From: Eledone cirrhosa
Lineage: Eukaryota
Assembly: GCA_964016885.1 (NCBI GenBank)
Contig: CAXHJY010000565.1
Span: 1-64,000 of the forward strand
DNA length: 64,000 nucleotides
Reading direction: 5' to 3'
Below are positions 56,820 to 64,000 of this stretch, one piece after another (positions within the stretch are counted from its first letter, which is position 1; the number at the start of each line of letters is the position of its first letter). The notes beneath the pieces are model-generated. The model worked only from the letters and a program-made list of their open reading frames with translations. It searched no databases and had not been told where the DNA came from. A program made the position numbers and the translations under genes.

Positions 56820-57861
56820 GGGGTCTAAAATCCATATTAACAACATATGAGACCCGGATAGTAACACTGAAGCAACACCTTCAACAGAGGAAAAGGGTTG
56901 GCAACCATCTTGCTCAGGTTTATGAGCATGAAAAAAAAAATATCATTAGAATAGCGACTGATCTGGAGGAGAGATATGGAATAAAGCCTGATATAAATCT
57001 CTCACCCAGATAAATCGGAAGATCCTATTCAATGTTCAAACAAGATGAAAAAATTGACCAATTTACAGAAAAAGTTGTGCATGGATACTTGAGACGTAAA
57101 ACACAGACCGTAGAAGGGATAAACCACTCAAAAAGCCTGGCATGGAGTTCCGACAAGTTTATGACATCACACCTTGAGGGATATCTCTATGCAATACAGG
57201 AACAAGAACTCCCTACCAAATATCTGCTGCACAAAAGGGGAGGGCCAGCAGCTGACAATAAATGTAGGCTATGTAAAACAAAGATCGAGGATGTAAGCCA
57301 CATTGTTGCCAGCTGCGAAAGAATGTCATCTCGCTACTACCTCCCATGAGACACGATGGGATAGCTAGAACCATCTGGAAAGCATTTCGGAAAACAAAAT
57401 TAACAACGAATGAGGAAGAATATATTGAGACAGATGGCACTAAAGAATACTGGTGGAACCTGAAAATAAAAACTGCCACCAAATTAAAGCACAACCGGCC
57501 TGATATTGTTGTTTGAGACCACACATTGAAAACGTGTTCTGTTGTGGAGATCAGCTGCCCACTTGAGGTAAACGTTGTCAGAAAAATACAGGAGAAAGAG
57601 GACATCTACGGACCATTGATGAGGAGTTTACAAATCCAGTATCCAAGATACACCTTTAGCTTCATACCCATCATTATTGGTGCTACGGGTTATATACCAA
57701 CCCGCTTGGACCAAAGTATGACTGAACTTGGATTTGGCACCGTCAAAATTTGCAAAACATTCTTGCGATTCAAGGGATGACAATTTCTTTTCTTTTACAA
57801 CCTTACCACCAGGAAGGTGGCCGGTCAAAAAAATATACTCGAAATTAAGAGAAAGAGATAA
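56820..57861 (+). mobile_element. R4/Dong-like family A, 5'-truncated copy
   Basis: Near-identical to 25569-26665, with stops and a deletion. (CATA)n flanks. Confidence 0.95.
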
Positions 57862-57942
57862 CATACATACATACATACATACATACATACATACATACAT
57901 ACATACATACATACATACATACATACATACATACATACATAC

Positions 57943-58550
57943 ATGGTGGCTGCCAACTCGTTTTCGAGTACGGCCACTACTTTATATCCATGTAGGAGAA
58001 CCCTTACCGATGCGCTGAACGAGTGTGACTTTTTAGTCCAGCCAGCGACTTGAAAACTCTGGTACAAACACTACACTTGTGACAATTATTGACACATAGT
58101 GCTGGGCCCATGGTACCATGTGAGGACAAGTGCAGAGAGATCTCCAGATATAAAACCATGCCTGTGCCGTTAAGCTTTTATAGTGAGCAAAGGCACTGCA
58201 CAAAGCCAGTCCCACTCTCTTAACCAAGATGATATTTACCAAAAAGAAGAACAAGTCAACATCATTGGATACCATCAGGGTTGCAGGTGTTATATCAGTG
58301 TTTTCCTTCTCCTAGAATTCTGCCTTGACAAAGGCTAAGGAGTCATCTCTCCCGGTGATTTTGGATGGCCATTGACTCTTAAGAGCTCTTTGCCCTTTGA
58401 CAGGTTTTGTTTTTAGTCCTGCAGGATGTCCAAAGTCACCCTCCTCACCAAGAAACCTTGGTGGGGTTGCCAGTTTAGTCGCCAACGACCCGACCATGAG
58501 ACAGGTTGTACTGGGATACATGTTACCAGTAGCACCAACTGGTGACCTGA
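57943..58550 (-). mobile_element. Non-autonomous bipartite RTE derivative, full length
   Basis: RTE-like 5' UTR joined to a C2H2 remnant (CSVCTRVFKSLAGLKSHTRSAHR*) and the RTE 3' stem-loop. Confidence 0.9.
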
Positions 58551-58667
58551 CATACATACATACATACATACATACATACATACATACATACATACATACA
58601 TACGTACGTACGTACGTACGTACATACATACATACATACATACATACATACATACATACATACATAC

Positions 58668-58733
58668 ATGATGGCTGCCCCCTCGTTATCGAGTATGGCC
58701 ATTGCACAATAAAAAAAAAAAAAAAAAAAAAAA

Positions 58734-58787
<54 letters not shown>

Positions 58788-58812
58788 AAAAAAAAAAAAA
58801 AAAAGGGAAAAG

Positions 58813-58845
<33 letters not shown>

Positions 58846-58967
58846 TATACACATATATATATATACACATATATATACACACACACATACATACACATAC
58901 ATACATATATACACACACACATACATACACATACACTCACACATATATACACACATACATTAATAAC

Positions 58968-59007
<40 letters not shown>

Positions 59008-59086
59008 GCAATAATAATAATAACGACAACAACAATAATAATATACATATTCATATATATATACACACACACGCACGCACATAAGC

Positions 59087-59124
<38 letters not shown>

Positions 59125-62100
59125 GATAGCAACTAACAGTGCTGCGATCGAATGTGGCTTTTTAGCCCAGCCAATGATCTAAAATGTCTTGCACAGAGTC
59201 GGCAACCAAAACATTTACTGGGAATAGTCGGCTGTGGTTGGAGTTCGTGTACTTTTGCATGTCGCTTGAGTCCTCCTGCTGATTTACATTCTCTACCACA
59301 TGTTTGGCAAGCATGATGAGTAGCATCTCCAACAGCAGCCTGGTAGTCAACCACTGGTCTTACTTTATGACTGCGAAGATGACTTTCGAGTCCAGCTTTG
59401 CTTAGGCAGAGTCTCGCACAGACGCTGCATGTCAGAAACATAGGAGGACCCTCGCCGTCTGGAAGTGCAACAGCAATACCCTTCCTCACGTCCCGCCTTA
59501 CTTTCTCGTGTGCGATTCGAGATGCCTCAAAGGCAACTTTTCCCTCATATACAGTCTTTCTCCATTTACTACGATCAGCAGCAATATTTTCCCATGTATC
59601 AGCAGAGATGTTAGCGTCTCTCAGAGAGGCCTTCAAGGAATCCTTATACCTCTTTTTTGGTTTATGTGGCGGTCGTTTTCCTTTAACCAACTCTCCATAG
59701 AAGAGTTGTTTTGGTATTCTAGAATCCTTCATCCTGGCAAGGTGACCACTCCAACGGAGTCGCTGCTTAAGCACAAGAGCTTCTATACTGTCACACATAG
59801 AGCTTTCCAAAATCTCGACATCACTGATGTGGTCCCTCCAGTGAACGCCATGTATCCGTCTGAGACACATCTGATGGAAACGCTCCAATTGCTTAAGGTG
59901 GCGTCAATATGTGACCCAGGTCTCGCAGGCATAAAGAAGACAAGAGAGTACACATGCCCTGTACACCCTTACCTTTGTCCTCCTGCATATGTCTCGCCGA
60001 CCCCAGAGTCGCCTTTCTAGCTTTCCGAAAGCATCACTTGCTTTCCTAATCCTAAGTGAGATTTCACTGTCAAGGTTGCCGTATCGATTGACAGTGCTTC
60101 CCAGGTAGACAAACTGATCAACCACTCCAAGTCGTTTGCCATACACATAGATGTTTGGTTCAGTGTACTGCCTACCAGGTGCAGGTTGGTACATGACGAC
60201 GGTTTTCTTGAGACTGACAGTCAAACCCAGGGCAGTGCAAGCGTCAGAAAATACATTCAAAATGTGCTGCATATCACTCTCTGTGTGCGCTACAAGATCG
60301 CAATCATCTGCATACAAGAGGTCTCTTATGACTGATGTAAATACTTTTGTCTTCGCAGCAAAGCGCCTGATGTTAAATATGCTGCCTGAGGTTCGATATC
60401 GGATGTAAACACCATGCTCGCAATTCCTGAATGCAACACAGAAAACCATTGCAAAGTATATGGCAAACAGGGTCGGTGCTGGAATATCCCCCTGTTTCAC
60501 TCCATTTTTTACTGAGATAGGCTCCGACATGTTACCTCCGACATTAACCCAAGCCTTCATGTCGTCATGGAAAGACCTAACTAAAGCAAGGAACCTATCA
60601 GGGCAACCAAGTTTCTGGAGAACCTTCCATAATGCATCTCTGTTGACAGTATCGAAAGCCTTTGTCAGATCGACAAAAACCTGATACAGATCCAAGCCCT
60701 GTTCAATGCACTTCTCCTGGAGCTGTCTAGCTGAGAAGATCATATCAGTAGTGCCGCGTCCAACACGAAAACCAGATTGACTTTCAGGAAGGACACAATC
60801 TGCAATGTGTGTCAGCAGACGGTCCAGAAGCACCCTACATAAAACTTTCCCCACGACAGAAAGCAATGATATACCTCTGTAGTTCCCACAATCATTCCTG
60901 TTACCCTTTCCCTTGTACAAGACCACCATTACTGCATCTCTCCAGTCCTCAGGCACGGATTCATTAGCCCATATCCTTCCAAACAGAGAGTGAAGATGTT
61001 GCAGGAGTCTCTCACCACCATATTGCAGGAGCTCAGCATGTATGCCATCCATACCTGGAGATCTTCCACTGTTCAGCTTCGAAATAGCCACTGCAACCTC
61101 CACAAGTGTCGGAGGTTCTGCGAGAGCTACTTTCACAGGACTTTCCGGAATGAGATTGAGGAAATCTTCACTGACGACAGACGGCTGACTCAAAAGATCA
61201 TCAAAGTGCTCTCGCCACCTTCGTAGAATTCCCTGTGAGTCACGAAGAAGCTCTTTGCCATCCCTGCTGCGAATCGGTGTCACCAGAGAAGAAGACGGTC
61301 CATAAACCTCACGCAAGAGACTGTACAACAGCTTTGTGTTATTGCAATCAGACGCAGTTTGTATCTCACCAGCCTTCTCACTCCACCACTGATCCTTCAT
61401 CTGAGAAAGACTCCGCCTAACACGTGATTTTACATCCCTCAGCTCCTCATGCAACGTATTCCTCTCCTGTGGTTTTGCCGTCAAGTAGCGTGACAGAGCG
61501 CGCCTCTTATCAGCCAACAAGTCATCTATATGCACATCTTTCTCATTAAACCAGTCCTGATGCTTTCTCTGCACCAATCCCAGAACACGTCTGCCTACAT
61601 CATAAACCGACTTTTTAAGGGTCGGCCAATCCTCACCAAGATCTGCAGCCTGCATCTCTTCTTCCAATGTCCTCTTCACATTTTTATCCTTAAGACGAGC
61701 AGCATTCAATCTTTTGGGCAGGGTAACACCAGGAGCCCGGATTTTACGTTTGGTGATTAGATTCACTTTTGCGCGTACCAGGCGGTGGTCCGTCCAGCAC
61801 TCAGCTCCACGAAGAACACGAACACACTGCACATCCTGTCTGTCACGCATCCTGACTAGGACGTAGTCCAAAAGATGCCATTCCTTAGATGCAGGATGCA
61901 TCCATGTGGTCTTGAATTTGTTCTTTTGTTGGAACATGGTGTTGGTAACACACAGATCCAGCTCCTCACACATCTGCAGCAAGAGCATACCATTGCTGTT
62001 ACACTTTCCCACCCCATGCCTTCCGATTACATTCCATGTGTTAAAATCCCTACCCACTCTAGCATTAAAGTCACCAAGCACGATGACTTTGTCTGCCTGA

Positions 62101-62686
62101 GGGATATTTCTTAAAACACCTTTCAAGGCATGGTAAAAGGACAGTTTTTCTTCATCGACAGAATTCATAGTTGGAGCATACACACCCACCAGGGTAGCAT
62201 ATCTTCCCTTGTCCAGCGGAACTCTCATGGACATAAGACGCTCACTAATCCCCACTGGGAATTCTTCTAATTTATTCACCAGTACAGTCTTAACAGCAAA
62301 TCCTACCCCAGCCTCTCTTCTGGTTCCTTCATCTCTTCCTTTCCAGAAGAATGTATATTCTCCACAAAATTCCGTAAGATGACCATCTCCAGCTAACCTC
62401 GTCTCAGACAAAGCCACGATGTCAAGATCGTAACGTCGAAGCTCCCTCGCAACAAGAGCGGTCCTTCGTTCAGGACGCTCCAAAGAATCCCTGTCAAGCA
62501 GCGTCCGTACGTTCCAGCAGCCAAGACTAAATGCCCTGTTTGGCTCTATTACAATGGCACGATGACGGGCGGGCCCAGGTTGTGATAACTTGGGGCCCCT
62601 GCCCTTATTGCCAATGATCCTTTTTGTTCCAGAACCCAAATTGGCAATTATCTCGTTTACATTGTTCTGGAACATCATTGAATTGG

Positions 62687-62724
<38 letters not shown>

Positions 62725-62729
62725 TAATA

Positions 62730-62764
<35 letters not shown>

Positions 62765-63067
62765 ACACTATTAATAATTATTAATGCACTCGTGCAATGC
62801 CTGTGCGTGACGAATATTTTTAAAGTGAGGAAAGACTGTGCACTGAACCAATCCCACTCTCTGAGCGACAGTAGCTATAACCCGAAAAGAAGAAAAGATC
62901 AACATCATCGGTAACTACTGAGCCGCAGGTTTTATATCGGAGTTAACCCAGTTTCCTGAGATGCCTTCTCCTAGAAGAATACCCTGACATGGGCTAGGGG
63001 TTCTTCACTCCCAGTGGTTTAACTGCGCGATCGGGCATCCAGCCCGATTATTTCTATGTCCCCGCGC
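58668..63067 (-). mobile_element. RTE-clade LINE, copy 2, including much of the 5' UTR
   Basis: 924-aa and 251-aa in-frame ORFs. The 5' UTR (62790-63067) is homologous to the non-autonomous derivatives. (CATA)n flanks. Confidence 0.97.
59133..62678 (-). CDS. RTE polyprotein (APE, RT with YADD, 3 C2H2 fingers), ~1181 aa, one in-frame TGA at 59904-59906
   Basis: The two ORFs are in the same frame. Copy 1 has CGA at the stop position. Confidence 0.93.
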
Positions 63068-63139
63068 AAAAAAAAAAAAAAAAAAATACACATACATACA
63101 TACATACATACATACATACATACATACGTACGTACATAC

Positions 63140-63681
63140 ATGGCATTACATGATAATGCAACTTGATTTCGAGTAATGCCATCGCTTGATACTTAAGCAT
63201 AAGCATCACGGGCGCGGCATTTGAATGATGCTAGGGACCTGCCAATGGCCAGCAATACCATGCATCGCAAAAATTATCACATATCAAGCGATACCCATGC
63301 TTGACGTTTTTTTAAGTGAGGAAATGGTTTGCACGGGGCCAATCCCACTCTCTGTACATTAAATGCATTTGCCCAAAAAGAAGAACTGGTCTACATCATT
63401 GGATGCAAATGAAGTCGCAGGTTTTATATTAGAATGACCTTCTCCTTGAGTGATGTCTTAATGAAAACTAGGAGTCTCTCGCTCCACAGAAAAAACCTTT
63501 ATTGGATGGCCGTTGACTTCCCTGGGTTCCTCCACCCTTTCACAGGTTTTACTGTTCATCCCGCAGTATGTCCAAAATCACCCTCCTCAACAAGCAAGCT
63601 TGGTGGGGTTGCCGGTTTAGTCGCCGACAACCCGACCATGCACAAGTTGTACTGGGTTACATGTTACCAGTAGCGACCTGA
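63140..63681 (-). mobile_element. Second, diverged family of non-autonomous RTE derivative
   Basis: 5' TCAGGTCGCTACTGGTAACATG..., RTE-type 5' UTR motifs, 3' CTCGAAATCAAG stem-loop, ATGT tail. Confidence 0.8.
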
Positions 63682-63691
63682 CGTACATACA

Positions 63692-64000
63692 TAGTGGCGG
63701 ACTGGGTCTAAAAATATTGGTTGCCAGGAGATGAAGGGGGCCAACCTACATATAGAATGCTATCATTTCATTTTTATAATGAATAAATAACATTTTCGAA
63801 AAATACATAAGTAGCAACAAAATAGTGCAATCAAATTTTTTACAGAAAAAATCTTACCTTTTCCAATAAAAAATATTATGCATTTTGCGAATTCCAGAGA
63901 CGTTCAATAATGACCAGAAGTCGAGCACAAATATTATTAATAGCTCTAGGAAAGCTATGAACGACACCACATCTTTTTAACTTTGATTTTGAAAGGAGGT
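63692..64000. mobile_element. Possible hAT-like transposon end, running off the window
   Basis: TAGTGGCGGACTGGG resembles CAGTGGCGGA-type TIRs. The partner end is not visible. Confidence 0.3.

Noticed and set aside
59904-59906. Programmed stop-codon readthrough in the RTE
   Set aside because: Copy 1 has CGA here, so this is ordinary CpG decay.
62687-62790. Intron in the RTE 5' UTR (poly-T tract before ...TTCCAG on -)
   Set aside because: No credible donor site. The tract looks like an expanded homopolymer.

Overview
Eukaryotic (animal), AT-rich, gene-free or intronic DNA made almost entirely of microsatellites and transposable elements. The repeat style suggests an octopus or other cephalopod, but that is inference. 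No host protein-coding exon can be supported, and nearly all ORFs in the track are translations of (TA)n, (CA)n, (CATA)n or triplet repeats. The real coding remnants are: two RTE-clade LINEs (one is a single CGA>TGA change from an intact ~1181-aa APE-RT ORF ending in three C2H2 fingers); a near-full-length R4/Dong-clade RT-REL retrotransposon plus several 3' fragments; a Tx1/L1 fragment; two Penelope-like elements (one Naiad-like); and CR1-like and mariner remnants. Elements are sorted by microsatellite niche. (CATA)n tracts hold RTE-family elements, always on -, and R4-family elements, always on +. (TA)n tracts hold Penelope-type units with minimal hammerhead ribozymes and Tc1/mariner MITEs. 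(AAT)n runs hold Tx1 and tRNA-SINEs. Most notable: ~600-bp bipartite non-autonomous RTE derivatives with a conserved structured 5' end, about eight hammerhead motifs including a recurrent CCGANGA core variant, a tRNA-like cloverleaf in a Penelope-style repeat unit, and a 3.6-kb palindrome. Coordinates were read by eye and may be off by a few bases.
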